Shown here one piece after another: positions 49,043 through 58,537 of a DNA stretch of 64,000 bases. Below the pieces are notes generated by a model. The model saw nothing but the letters and a program-made list of their open reading frames with translations. It did not search any database and was not told the DNA's origin. Each line of letters opens with the position of its first letter. Within the stretch, counting starts at the first letter, position 1. The translations under genes and the position numbers were made by a program. The stretch lies in NCBI GenBank assembly GCA_965215565.1, contig CBDCDZ010000004.1, forward strand, positions 256,001-320,000. The letters are read 5' to 3'. The DNA comes from Trueperaceae bacterium (GTDB lineage Bacteria > Deinococcota > Deinococci > Deinococcales > Trueperaceae).

Positions 49043-49091
49043 CCGTTTACTCTAAAACGTGGGGGCGGGCTGTACCGTAAAGTGAACTAAG

Positions 49092-49247
49092 AGCAGTTCC
49101 AAAACATACTGAGACGGATGAGCGCAGATCTCTGTCCGCAAGGACTAGCGGGATTTCATCTCTGAATGTGCGTGCTAAACATTGTTCTATAGAGTGAGAG
49201 CGTTGCTCCGCATCGCTTCGCGCACTCTGACCAGATGATACCTGCTA
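49092..49247 (-). mobile_element. MITE-like repeat copy
   Basis: AGCAGTTCCAAAACATACTGAGAC...CCAGATGATACCTGCTA. Confidence 0.85.
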
Positions 49248-49533
49248 TAAGTTGGGTGGTCTCGGCAGCTAGGGCGCGAGGTTGGAGGACTTGGGCGTGC
49301 CGACGGAGGGCGGCTCGAGTACGGAGCGACTGCCCCAACATCTGGCGGCACTCCGCCGAGCACTTCCACCTCTTTCGCGCAACGCCGACAGGTCTTTGGT
49401 TGGCGGACGAACTCATCAACTTAGGTATCGCGGATGTCTTCCTCGACGCTGCCGGGTTCGCTTAGTATGGTCCCTGACGTAAGAATTCTGATAGACTGAT
49501 GAGACAGACCAATTCGTAGCGAAAGGTAGCTCT

Positions 49534-50865
49534 ATGAAATCAACGCGCTTTATCCTCGTGCTCCTCCTCTGGAGTGGCGTGCTCGCCCAAATGTCCGAGC
49601 CAGCCGCCCAGCAGACGGGCGTCAGCGACACGGACAACCGCATCGACCTCATCCGACAGGACGCGCCCGAGCTTGCGGCGCACGGACCCTATGACATCGG
49701 CGTACGCACCCTGGACCTCGTCAACGAGGACGAACTCGACATCGTGAACGCGGCACCCGGCGAGCCGATTCCGCGCTATGACCGCCCGCTCACCGCCGAA
49801 GTTTGGTATCCCGCCGCGCTGTCTGGCGCTGAGCCGAGGGGCGAGTACGCTGCCACGACGAGAGACGGCACCCCTACTACACTCGTCGGACGCGCTGTGA
49901 GGGGCGCTGAACCCGACACCGAGGGCGCGCCCTATCCGCTCATCATCCTCTCGCACGGCTACCCCGGCAACCGCTTTTTGCTCAGTCATTTAGGTGAAAA
50001 CCTCGCCTCGAAAGGCTACGTGACGGTCTCCATCGACCACACCGACAGCACCTACAGCGACCAGGCGACGTTCGGCAGCACGCTCCTCAACCGCCCAGTG
50101 GACCAGCAATTTGTGTTAGACGAGATGGCGCGGCTTTCGCAGGAGGACAGGGGCAGCTTTTTAGCGGGGCTCGCCGACGCGGACGAGACGGGTATTGTCG
50201 GCTACTCGATGGGCGCGTACGGCGTGGTGAACCTGCTCGGGGGCGGCTTTACGCAGACGAGCGTCGAGTCAGACTACGCGCCGCCGAACGGGGTTCTCGC
50301 CCTGAGGCAAGCGGGCAACGAGGTTTATGAGGGGAGCGTAGACCCGCGCATCAAGGCGGCCGTAGCGATTGCGCCATGGGGCATGAACACCGGTTTTTGG
50401 GACGCGGAGGGGCTCGCGGGTATCGAAACACCCATCTTCTTTATGGCGGGCAGCGCTGACGACGTCTCGGGCTACCGTGAGGGGACGAAAGCGATCTTCG
50501 AGCGGGCGGTGAACGCCGAGCGCTACTTGCTCACCTTCGAAAACGCGAACCACAACGCCGCCGCACCTATCCCTGCGCCCACCGAGACGTGGGGAGAAGA
50601 GAGCTTCATGCACTACGCGGACGCGGTCTGGAACACGGTGCGCATGAACAACATCGCGCAGCATTTCGCCACCGCCTTTTTTGACCTCGAGCTTAAAAAT
50701 GACGAGGAGAAGGGCGCATACTTGGACCTACTCCGCAACGCCGAAGACGGCGTCTACGCAGTGGACGCCTCGGGCGACTTCACCGAGGAGCACACCTACT
50801 GGCGCGGTTTCCCGAACCGCACGGCGGTGGGTCTCACCTTGGACTATGAGACGCCCTCGGAATGA
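49534..50865 (+). CDS. secreted alpha/beta hydrolase (dienelactone hydrolase/PAF-AH-like)
   Basis: Signal peptide; YPLIILSHGYPG, GYSMG nucleophile, DDVSG and ANHNA motifs. Confidence 0.9.
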   Translation: MKSTRFILVLLLWSGVLAQMSEPAAQQTGVSDTDNRIDLIRQDAPELAAHGPYDIGVRTLDLVNEDELDIVNAAPGEPIPRYDRPLTAEVWYPAALSGAEPRGEYAATTRDGTPTTLVGRAVRGAEPDTEGAPYPLIILSHGYPGNRFLLSHLGENLASKGYVTVSIDHTDSTYSDQATFGSTLLNRPVDQQFVLDEMARLSQEDRGSFLAGLADADETGIVGYSMGAYGVVNLLGGGFTQTSVESDYAPPNGVLALRQAGNEVYEGSVDPRIKAAVAIAPWGMNTGFWDAEGLAGIETPIFFMAGSADDVSGYREGTKAIFERAVNAERYLLTFENANHNAAAPIPAPTETWGEESFMHYADAVWNTVRMNNIAQHFATAFFDLELKNDEEKGAYLDLLRNAEDGVYAVDASGDFTEEHTYWRGFPNRTAVGLTLDYETPSE

Positions 50866-50867
50866 GG

Positions 50868-52415
50868 TCAGGCGTCCGCTCGGTCTCCTGTTTGTAAGGG
50901 AATAGGGGCGTACCCCTGTGCGTCATAGCGCTTCGTGAGGATGTCGGTGACAGCCTCTAGTGACCCCTCACGAAAGCCGAAGCTGACAAGTGCGGGACCG
51001 GGCAAGTCGGTCACGTGGTAAGGATTCCATAAGGCGACGTGGACGAAGTCTCGGGCGTGCTCCCCTGCGTGCTGTGCAGCGACGTCAGCTAAATTCACCT
51101 CTTCGGGTTCCATGCGCGTGCGCGAGGTGGAGATGAACAGGGTCACGTCGTGACGCGCGGCGGCTGAGAGGACCGCTTCGCGGCTCGAGCCAGGCTCAGC
51201 GCGTTTGTAAAAAACGTGGCTGACACCGAAGCCTCGAGCCCTCAACATTTTTATCAGTCTCTCGGTAGGCGGCGCGAGCGTGTCACTCGCCGCGCCGCCT
51301 ACGCTATCTTCCGCCGCGATAACAACGAGGCTCATTTCGTCAAGTTCTGGCAAAGCGCCAATGAGGACGACGCCACGCCGCGCCGCCTCGGTGAGAAGCG
51401 CCCTATCACCCTCTTGCCAAGCGCTCTCAGGGTCAGGCTGAGCGGGGTAGGTATGGGCGAGCCTGCGCAGTCTCCGAAGTTTTCCCTCAACCTCTTCTTC
51501 ATCCAAGCGCCCTTCTCTCAGCGCCCGGTCAATACCTTGTAGGATGGTTTCATGTGTGCTGATAAGTCCGGCGTGGACATCAAAAAGCGGCATGTCGATA
51601 CCCGCGACCAGCGCGCGCACCACCGCCTCGGTAGGGGAGAAGAGGTCCGCGACGGCGTGCATCTCGAGCGCGTCCGTAAAGCTCACCCCGTCAAAGCCGA
51701 GGTCAACACGCAAGAGGTCCGTCATCACCGTGCGCGATAAAGTTGCCGGCAACTCAGGGTCTAAAGCGGTGATGCGCCCGTGGTAGCTCATGACGCAGGC
51801 TGCGCCCGCTCCAAACGCCTTTTTGAATGGGACGAGTTCAACCTCTTGTAAACGTTCTAGCGGTACATCCAACGTCGGCAAGCTTAGGTGCGAGTCCGTA
51901 TCCGTGTCACCGTGACCGGGAAAGTGTTTGACCGTTGCCGCGACGCCCTCGCTCTGTAAACCGCGAACGTAAGCCGCGACGTGCTCAGCGACGTGCGCGG
52001 GGTCACTCCCGAAAGACCGCTCGCCGATGACGGGATTGCGCGGGTTGTTGTTCACGTCCGCGACGGGCGCGAAGTTGACGCCCACGCCCACCGAACGCAA
52101 ACCTCTTGCGGTTGCAGCGGCAACCTTGTAGGTCAGCTCGCGGTCATTCGCCGCGCCTAGGAGCATCGTACCGGGCGAGTAAGGAACGTCCAACACCCGC
52201 ACCACACTGCCGCCCTCTTGGTCCGTAGCGATAATGAGGTCTGGTCCGAGCAATTCACGCAGTTCACTTGTCAACTCCGCTGCCTGAACGCGGTCACGGA
52301 AGTTGCGGCTGAAGAGGCACACGCCGCCTACCTTATAATTTGCAAAAAAAGCGCGTTCGTCCGGGGTGAGCGTGGGACCGGAGAGGTCAACCATCAATAC
52401 TCTGTGCGGGTTCAT
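50868..52415 (-). CDS. nagZ: GH3 beta-N-acetylhexosaminidase
   Basis: DQEGG, NFAPVADV, KHFPGHGDTDTDSH (NagZ signature) and TDALEM motifs. Confidence 0.92.
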   Translation of the reverse strand: MNPHRVLMVDLSGPTLTPDERAFFANYKVGGVCLFSRNFRDRVQAAELTSELRELLGPDLIIATDQEGGSVVRVLDVPYSPGTMLLGAANDRELTYKVAAATARGLRSVGVGVNFAPVADVNNNPRNPVIGERSFGSDPAHVAEHVAAYVRGLQSEGVAATVKHFPGHGDTDTDSHLSLPTLDVPLERLQEVELVPFKKAFGAGAACVMSYHGRITALDPELPATLSRTVMTDLLRVDLGFDGVSFTDALEMHAVADLFSPTEAVVRALVAGIDMPLFDVHAGLISTHETILQGIDRALREGRLDEEEVEGKLRRLRRLAHTYPAQPDPESAWQEGDRALLTEAARRGVVLIGALPELDEMSLVVIAAEDSVGGAASDTLAPPTERLIKMLRARGFGVSHVFYKRAEPGSSREAVLSAAARHDVTLFISTSRTRMEPEEVNLADVAAQHAGEHARDFVHVALWNPYHVTDLPGPALVSFGFREGSLEAVTDILTKRYDAQGYAPIPLQTGDRADA

Positions 52416-52564
52416 CGTCGGCTTCCTATCCTCGAGGGGGCTCGAGTGATTTGGTTCGTGGTTCGGTAGAAACTCATGTTCCTAAAAATAGGGGCTCGAG
52501 CCCTTTTATACTGTTCTACTACCCTAGAAAAGTCATAGTTATCATCCTTGGTGAGGGCGTGCAG

Positions 52565-52630
52565 GGCGTAGGGGTAATTCATGAGTCACCCCTACATTTG
52601 CCTCCTTCTGTAACTTCCCAGCGAGGTCTA
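52565..52630. repeat. GTAG-type REP-like palindrome (copy 1)
   Basis: GTAGGGGTAATTCATGAGTCACCCCTAC plus a conserved tail; second copy at 63265. Confidence 0.8.
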
Positions 52631-52689
52631 CCAGTACTAGAATCCCAGTATGTAAAGAGGTCAGCGCGTCCAACACCAATGAACCGCAT

Positions 52690-53787
52690 CTATAACCCCT
52701 GCACGTCCGCCGCGTCCCGCAGGGCGTCGCCTAAAAAGTTGAACGCCAACACCGCCACGACGATGAATAAACCGGGAATGAGCAACCACGGATAGAGCCG
52801 CAAGGTTTCAAAGTTTTGCGCGTCCGCTAGGAGCAGGCCCCAAGAGGTCATCGGCTCCTTGATGCCGAGCCCTAAAAAGGACAGGGCACTCTCGCCTAAA
52901 ATATACGCGGGCAGCGCGAGCGTCGCCGCCACAATGAGATAAGAGGTCAAGTTCGGCAAGACGTGACGGAGGATGATGGGCAAGTCGCGCACGCCCAGTG
53001 CCCGCGCCGCCTGCACGTAATCTGCCTCCCTTGCGGATAAGACTTGCCCCCGCACCACCCGCGCCAGCGCCGCCCACCCGATGAGCGACAACACCGCCAC
53101 GATGCCCACGTAGACCCACGTCGAGGGCCACGTCGCCGGAATAATCGTGGCGAGCGCCAAGAGGAGCGGCAGGCGCGGGAAGGAGAGCATCACCTCGATA
53201 AAGCGTTGCAGCGCGGTGTCGAGCAAACCGCCGTAAAAGCCGCTGACGCCCCCGACGAAAATACCGATGGAGAACGAGATGAGGATGCCGATGAGCCCCA
53301 CCGTCAGCGAGACTTGCGAGCCAACCAAGGTGCGGCTCAACACGTCGCGCCCGAAGCGGTCCGTGCCGAGTGGGAAGAAGAGACCCTCTTCGATGCCGAA
53401 GAGGTGGCGCTCGGTGCGGAAGAGCCCTAAAAAGGTGTAGGGTTCGCCCTTTACGAAAAACCTGAGCGGTTGCGGGTTCGTCTGGTCCGCTTGGTAAATA
53501 CGCTCAAAGGTGACGGGGTCTCTGGCTTGCTCTAGCGGGTACACAAAGGGACCCCGAAACTCCCCCTCGTGAAAGAGGTACAACCCCTGCGGTGGCAGGT
53601 GCGGAAAGTCGCGGTGCTGTGTGGTGATGTTGTAGGGCGCTAAGAACTGCGAAAAGAGTGCCATGAGGTACAAGAGGATAAGGGTGACGCCGCCCGCTAC
53701 GCCGACTTTAGAGCGCTTGAAGCGCCGCCAGCCGAGGCGGAAGGGGGAGACGGCACTCGAGTCTTCTCGAGTCGCATCTTTAGTCAT
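52690..53787 (-). CDS. peptide ABC transporter permease (OppC/DppC family)
   Basis: PLGTDRFGRDVLSR and YVQAARALG...IILRHVLPN motifs. Confidence 0.95.
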   Translation of the reverse strand: MTKDATREDSSAVSPFRLGWRRFKRSKVGVAGGVTLILLYLMALFSQFLAPYNITTQHRDFPHLPPQGLYLFHEGEFRGPFVYPLEQARDPVTFERIYQADQTNPQPLRFFVKGEPYTFLGLFRTERHLFGIEEGLFFPLGTDRFGRDVLSRTLVGSQVSLTVGLIGILISFSIGIFVGGVSGFYGGLLDTALQRFIEVMLSFPRLPLLLALATIIPATWPSTWVYVGIVAVLSLIGWAALARVVRGQVLSAREADYVQAARALGVRDLPIILRHVLPNLTSYLIVAATLALPAYILGESALSFLGLGIKEPMTSWGLLLADAQNFETLRLYPWLLIPGLFIVVAVLAFNFLGDALRDAADVQGL

Positions 53788-54751
53788 ACCGAATCCTCGG
53801 GTCCGCCCACGCGAGCGCCAGGTCAGCTAAGAGGTTACCGATCATTAAAAGGAGGCTGGTGAGGAGCAAAAGCGTCATCGCGACGTACTGGTCTTTAGCC
53901 AAAAGAGAATCGTAGAGAAGCCGCCCCACAGCGGGCAAGTTGAGCACAATGGAGACGATGATTGTGCCGTTGATGAGTTCGGGTAAACTCAGCCCGGCGA
54001 GGGAAATGAGCGGGTTGATCGCGTTACGGACCGCGTGGCGGTTGATGACGACGCGCTCTTTCAACCCTTTCGCCCGCGCCGTGCGTACAAAGTCCGCGCT
54101 CAGCACGTCCAGGAGGTTGGCCCGCATCTGCCGCATCACCGTGGCGATGCCCGCCGTGCCGATGGCTAAAACCGGAATCCACATGTGATTGAGAAAGTCT
54201 AAGACTTTGCCCCAACTCCAGGGCGCGCCGATATATTGCGGGCTAAAAAGTCCGCCGACTTGCGAGCCGCCGAAATTCAGCACGAGGGCGACGAGGAGCA
54301 AGGCGACTAAAAAGTCGGGGACGGCGAGACCGATATAGCCAATGAAACTCGCCACCGCGTCCGTAAAGCCGTTGCGCCGCACGGCAGTATAGATACCAAG
54401 AGGTATGGCGACGAGCCAGGAAAAGACGAGCGTCACGCCCGCCACGACAATCGCCCAAAAAAGCTGCTCCCCGACGAGGCTCGAGACCGGTCGATTCGCA
54501 AAGAATGAAAAGCCGAAGTCACCCCGCGTCACAATGCCCCAAATCCAGCGCAAGTACTGCTCGTACGCTGGTCTATCCAAGCCGAGTTGCGCTTCTAAAC
54601 GCGCTACGGTTGCCGCGCTGAAACGCGGGTCTTCAAGGTAGCGGTCCGTAAAACTCCCCGGTTGCAGTTGAATCACGGTGAAGCAGACCACCGAGACGAG
54701 GAGCAAGGTGGGGATGAAGATGAGGATGCGGCGTAAGAGGTAGTTGAGCAT
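53780..54751 (-). CDS. peptide ABC transporter permease (OppB/DppB family)
   Basis: YLLRRIL, GLDRP..QY..W, GDFG.SF and DFVRTARAKGL motifs. Confidence 0.95.
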   Translation of the reverse strand: MLNYLLRRILIFIPTLLLVSVVCFTVIQLQPGSFTDRYLEDPRFSAATVARLEAQLGLDRPAYEQYLRWIWGIVTRGDFGFSFFANRPVSSLVGEQLFWAIVVAGVTLVFSWLVAIPLGIYTAVRRNGFTDAVASFIGYIGLAVPDFLVALLLVALVLNFGGSQVGGLFSPQYIGAPWSWGKVLDFLNHMWIPVLAIGTAGIATVMRQMRANLLDVLSADFVRTARAKGLKERVVINRHAVRNAINPLISLAGLSLPELINGTIIVSIVLNLPAVGRLLYDSLLAKDQYVAMTLLLLTSLLLMIGNLLADLALAWADPRIRYD

Positions 54752-54760
54752 AGCTTAAAA

Positions 54761-55636
54761 TCAGTGCCTACTTCTGACAACGTCGTGAATCCAGCTCAAA
54801 TGACTTGAAACTCTGGTGTAATGTTCAACCGTGCCGTACATTTGAATAGGAATGTCACCTCTCCGTGCACGTTCATCCAGCTCTTCTGTTGGATAGCTGC
54901 TGTACGAGCTAATACCAGCAATCTTATCTCCTTCTTCGGTTGAGATAAGTGCAGGCCCGCCGCTGTCACCGGGTCCGTTGACCCCTTCCAGCGGCAAAGC
55001 GTCTACCATACCAGGTGCGTCAAAATCGAAAGCGAGCATTCCATCGGTGATTTTCGAAATGACATTTCTTGTCTGGCGAAATTTGCCGTCGTCAAGCTCG
55101 CCCCCTTGAATGATTCCCACCTTACCCGTACTAAACGCGCCCCAGCCAAGCATCGAAACTTCCTGACCAACTTCGTCATCATTTTGGTAAAGCGCTATAG
55201 GTTTGACGTGAGTTGCAGGACGCTCGAGCCTGAGAAGCGCAATATCGTGGGGACCAGCACCTTTCTCTAAAGCGGTGAATACGCTCTCTACGAATACGTT
55301 AGAGGTAGTGTCTTCACGGTGACCTCTCGCTCCACGAAAGAGCATTTTGACCTCATCAATCGCGCTACATTCTGGTGGATAAACTGCGTCAATGATTGTA
55401 TGCTCGCGGTCTGCTATCTGAATCTTAAAGGGCACTTCTTCGTAGTTGTCCTTGATCAGTAAATAAAGACAGTGCGCCGCTGTTATCGCCCACGTTTCGG
55501 CTACGAGCGTTGCCACGCCGCTCGCAGGTTGCAACTGGAAAACCGCCGGATGGTCAGCTTCGCAAGCCAAATATTCAGTTGGATTGACATCATGGCGAAT
55601 GACCACTACGTACACCTTCTCAGTCTGGACACTCAT
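54761..55636 (-). CDS. trypsin-like (S1) serine protease
   Basis: ITAAHC, HDIALL and GDSGGP catalytic motifs; lower GC than the flanking genes. Confidence 0.92.
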   Translation of the reverse strand: MSVQTEKVYVVVIRHDVNPTEYLACEADHPAVFQLQPASGVATLVAETWAITAAHCLYLLIKDNYEEVPFKIQIADREHTIIDAVYPPECSAIDEVKMLFRGARGHREDTTSNVFVESVFTALEKGAGPHDIALLRLERPATHVKPIALYQNDDEVGQEVSMLGWGAFSTGKVGIIQGGELDDGKFRQTRNVISKITDGMLAFDFDAPGMVDALPLEGVNGPGDSGGPALISTEEGDKIAGISSYSSYPTEELDERARRGDIPIQMYGTVEHYTRVSSHLSWIHDVVRSRH

Positions 55637-55654
55637 CTACCCTAGCAATGAAAT

Positions 55655-55697
55655 AGAGAGGTCAATAGAGTCGAACCGCATCTCTATTGACCTCTCT
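55655..55697. terminator. 16-bp stem-loop after the substrate-binding protein gene
   Basis: AGAGAGGTCAATAGAG ... CTCTATTGACCTCTCT. Confidence 0.7.
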
Positions 55698-55700
55698 TCG

Positions 55701-57479
55701 CTACTCGCTGATGAAGTAAAGCGGCAGCGGGTTGTACCCAGGAATCACGCCTAAGCTGTAGACGAAGTTCTGCACGCGGTTGTACACGGCGGCGACGTTC
55801 GCGCCCTTAGCGATCATAATCACCGGGACGTTCTCGGCGTTGAGACGTTGCCACTCGGCGTAGAGTTCTTGGCGCTCAGCCTGGTCGGTGGAGGTGGCGG
55901 CTTCGTTGAAAATCTCGAACACGCGCGTTTCCCATTCGTCCATCGCCTCTATGTTAGCGCTGCCGCCCTCTTCGCTGGGCTGGGTGGCGCGGTGCCAGTA
56001 GTAGAGCGAGCCGCCCGGCTGCCAGATGGGTTTGCGCAGCTCGGGGTCGGGTTGGTTGCCGAAAGCGACGAGAATCGCTTCGAAGTCGCCCGCTAAGGCG
56101 GTGCCAAAGAGCGACGAGCCCTGGACGCCCTGCAAGTTGACGCGCACGCCTGCCTGGCTGAAGTCGTTTTGTAGAATCGTTGCGATGTCCGTGAAGATGG
56201 CGGAGTCCGAGTTGTAGGTGAGGGTGAACTCGAGCGGCTGTCCTTCCGAGAGGTTGCGTATCTCATCCCCGTCAGTGTCGGTATACCCGAGTTCGTCCAA
56301 CGCGGAGTTCGCCGCGTCCAAATCGAACATGTTCATGAGGTCAGTCGTGTCGGTATAAAAGGTGTTGTCTGCTGGTGCGGTGGGCGTGCCGGGAATCTCG
56401 GCTAAGCTGTTGTACACGTCGTCGATGACGCGCGCTCTATCTACGGCGTATTCCATCGCCTTGCGAAATTCAACCGAAGAGAATACCTCAGCCAGTGCTT
56501 CATTCGCTGGGTTGAAGTTAAAGGCTAAATGCGGCGGCGAGCCGAACAGCGCGTCGCTGCGAATCACGCGGAAGGGTGCGCCGTCCACCTCCCGCGACTT
56601 GAAGTCAGGAAACTGCGCCCCCGAGATGTTGAGCTGGTCGATATTGCCCGCCAAAAACTGCGCCGTTTGCGCCTCCGTGCCGGGCGTGATGAGGTACTCA
56701 ATCGTCTCGACGTAAGGAAGTTGCGTACCCGCGCTGTCCACTTTCCAATAGTTCGGGTTTTTCTGCAAGGTGACGAGTTGACCGGGCGTGTAATTTTGCA
56801 GCGTGTACGGACCTGTCCCGACGACTTCGCTCGGGTCCACGTCGGTGGGCCAGGCGTTGTTGATGTCGGCGGGCTCCGCGCCGCCCTGGACGCTAAAGCT
56901 TTCTAACTTATGCTCGGGCATGATGAAGAAGCGCTGCTGCAGCAAGAATGCGGCGGAGGCGGTCGGGAGCGTCATCCGCACCGTCATATCGTCCACCTTT
57001 TCAAAGGTGACGTTCTCCTCTTGACCGTCCAAGGTGAAGACGAACTGCGCCGCGTCGCCCGCCCGCGCTTCGGGATTCGTGATGATCTGCTCGTAGGTGA
57101 AGATCACGTCGTCGGCATCAAAGGGTTCGCCGTCACTCCAGGTGACGCCTTCGCGCAGATTGAAGGTGTAGACGGTGCCGTCCTCGGAGATGTCCCACGA
57201 GGCGGCTAGCGCGGGCTCTAACTCGTACGTCTCTAAGTTGAACTCGACTAAGCTGTCAAACATCTGCTGCGACAAGGTCTGCGAGACGCTGCTGACTTCG
57301 CCGTAGTAAAAGAAGCGCGGCGGGGCGTCGTCGAGCGCTAGAGTAAGCGTGCCGCCCGCTTCGCCAGGGGTGATGTCCAGAGCGCTGTAGTCGGGGATGG
57401 TTTTGGGCTGAGCGAAGGCTGCGCTGCTCAGCAAAAAGGCGAGCAGCAGAATTAGGGCTGGATAGACGGAACGCTTCAT
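55701..57479 (-). CDS. family 5 ABC transporter substrate-binding protein
   Basis: LEPALAASW.ISEDG..YTFNLREGVTWSDG.PF.ADDV.FT, GTGPY and KNPNYW motifs; AAGGAGG RBS. Confidence 0.96.
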   Translation of the reverse strand: MKRSVYPALILLLAFLLSSAAFAQPKTIPDYSALDITPGEAGGTLTLALDDAPPRFFYYGEVSSVSQTLSQQMFDSLVEFNLETYELEPALAASWDISEDGTVYTFNLREGVTWSDGEPFDADDVIFTYEQIITNPEARAGDAAQFVFTLDGQEENVTFEKVDDMTVRMTLPTASAAFLLQQRFFIMPEHKLESFSVQGGAEPADINNAWPTDVDPSEVVGTGPYTLQNYTPGQLVTLQKNPNYWKVDSAGTQLPYVETIEYLITPGTEAQTAQFLAGNIDQLNISGAQFPDFKSREVDGAPFRVIRSDALFGSPPHLAFNFNPANEALAEVFSSVEFRKAMEYAVDRARVIDDVYNSLAEIPGTPTAPADNTFYTDTTDLMNMFDLDAANSALDELGYTDTDGDEIRNLSEGQPLEFTLTYNSDSAIFTDIATILQNDFSQAGVRVNLQGVQGSSLFGTALAGDFEAILVAFGNQPDPELRKPIWQPGGSLYYWHRATQPSEEGGSANIEAMDEWETRVFEIFNEAATSTDQAERQELYAEWQRLNAENVPVIMIAKGANVAAVYNRVQNFVYSLGVIPGYNPLPLYFISE

Positions 57480-57623
57480 ACATCCTCCTTGGAGCTATCG
57501 TTGGTACTCTAGCCTATACCAATACAAGACCATTTGCAATCGTCCTACTACTTTTGTGTGGTAGGTGATTTGTCCGGTTTATAGGTTGTGAGGTTAAAGG
57601 TCGCAAGATTGATATACGAGCAA

Positions 57624-57652
57624 GAGGGGCTCGAGTCTAAACTCGAGCCCCT
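57624..57652. repeat. CTCGAG-based palindrome (left of vapBC)
   Basis: GAGGGGCTCGAG-TCTAAA-CTCGAGCCCCT. Confidence 0.85.
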
Positions 57653-57702
57653 AGATAACGCTCTCCCTTTGAGGTGCAGACACCGTGAAACAGTACGGGC
57701 GC

Positions 57703-58110
57703 TCAACCTGCTGGTAGCAGTATCACCTTTGGACCTTTACCTTTGTACTTTGCCATATCACTGTCTGTAGTGTAGAGCGTATCCGCCCCAGCCGACAAAG
57801 CCGAGCCGAGAATGAGACTGTCCGCCATCGACAGGCCGTTGCCGTGCGCGATGCGGGCAGCTCGCTCGACTAATACGTGACTGTCTCGGTCCAAATAGAT
57901 TACACGGCACAAACTAGGCAAGAGCGCTAGGAGTTTTTCGGTGCGTCCCTGTTCGGTTACTCCTTTAAGCGCGAGGCGGCGCAACTCGTACAGAGAGACA
58001 ACACTTATGATCAGTTTTTGATTGCGCGCCCGAGCCGTAGCCCATACCTCGGCAGCCTGAGTGTTGGCGCTAAGGTACGCGACGAAAAAGCCAGTGTCGC
58101 ACGCGCTCAA
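57703..58110 (-). CDS. vapC: PIN-domain toxin (VapC family)
   Basis: ACDTG..., ISVVSLYEL, LSMADSLI..A..LYTTD motifs; start overlaps the antitoxin stop. Confidence 0.9.
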   Translation of the reverse strand: MSACDTGFFVAYLSANTQAAEVWATARARNQKLIISVVSLYELRRLALKGVTEQGRTEKLLALLPSLCRVIYLDRDSHVLVERAARIAHGNGLSMADSLILGSALSAGADTLYTTDSDMAKYKGKGPKVILLPAG

Positions 58111-58328
58111 GTGTCACGAATCTCCCGCAAAGCCTCTTTGTAGGTAGGCTTTGCGAATCCCTCTCCTACCAGCGCTTCTAGCGCCACGTAAGCTTCGTCT
58201 TCCTCGAGCTGCTCGAGCCTGAGCTTCACAGCTTTAGAGACAAAGGCGGACATCGACTCGTTTAAGCTCCGCGCTTTGGTCTGCGCTTCGCTGGCGAGTT
58301 GGTCGTCTAGGGTTGTGGTGATGCGCAT
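58107..58328 (-). CDS. vapB: ribbon-helix-helix antitoxin (VapB-like)
   Basis: MRITTTLDDQL..EA...A......S.FV..AV; upstream of and overlapping the PIN gene. Confidence 0.85.
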   Translation of the reverse strand: MRITTTLDDQLASEAQTKARSLNESMSAFVSKAVKLRLEQLEEDEAYVALEALVGEGFAKPTYKEALREIRDT

Positions 58329-58508
58329 AAGTCACTCCTCTGCATACAAATGTGCCTACTCGCTTGCAGCATTGTAGCACATACCAAGAAGCCTCGAGGC
58401 TCACCCAGGATGGAAGTGGGTACGGGTAAAGGTACGCCTGAGCCCACAGGTCAAGCCGAAGAAAACACCTGCTCCCAGCCCTAGCAAGGGTTTACAAGAC
58501 AAGAAGGA

Positions 58509-58537
58509 AGGGGCTCGAGCTTAGACTCGAGCCCCTC
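58509..58537. repeat. CTCGAG-based palindrome (right of vapBC, inverted relative to the left copy)
   Basis: AGGGGCTCGAG-CTTAGA-CTCGAGCCCCTC. Confidence 0.85.

Noticed and set aside
49250..49482. Coding-like fragment after the MITE (…ATPTGLWLADEL…)
   Set aside because: No start outside MITE sequence and no recognisable family; at most a gene remnant.
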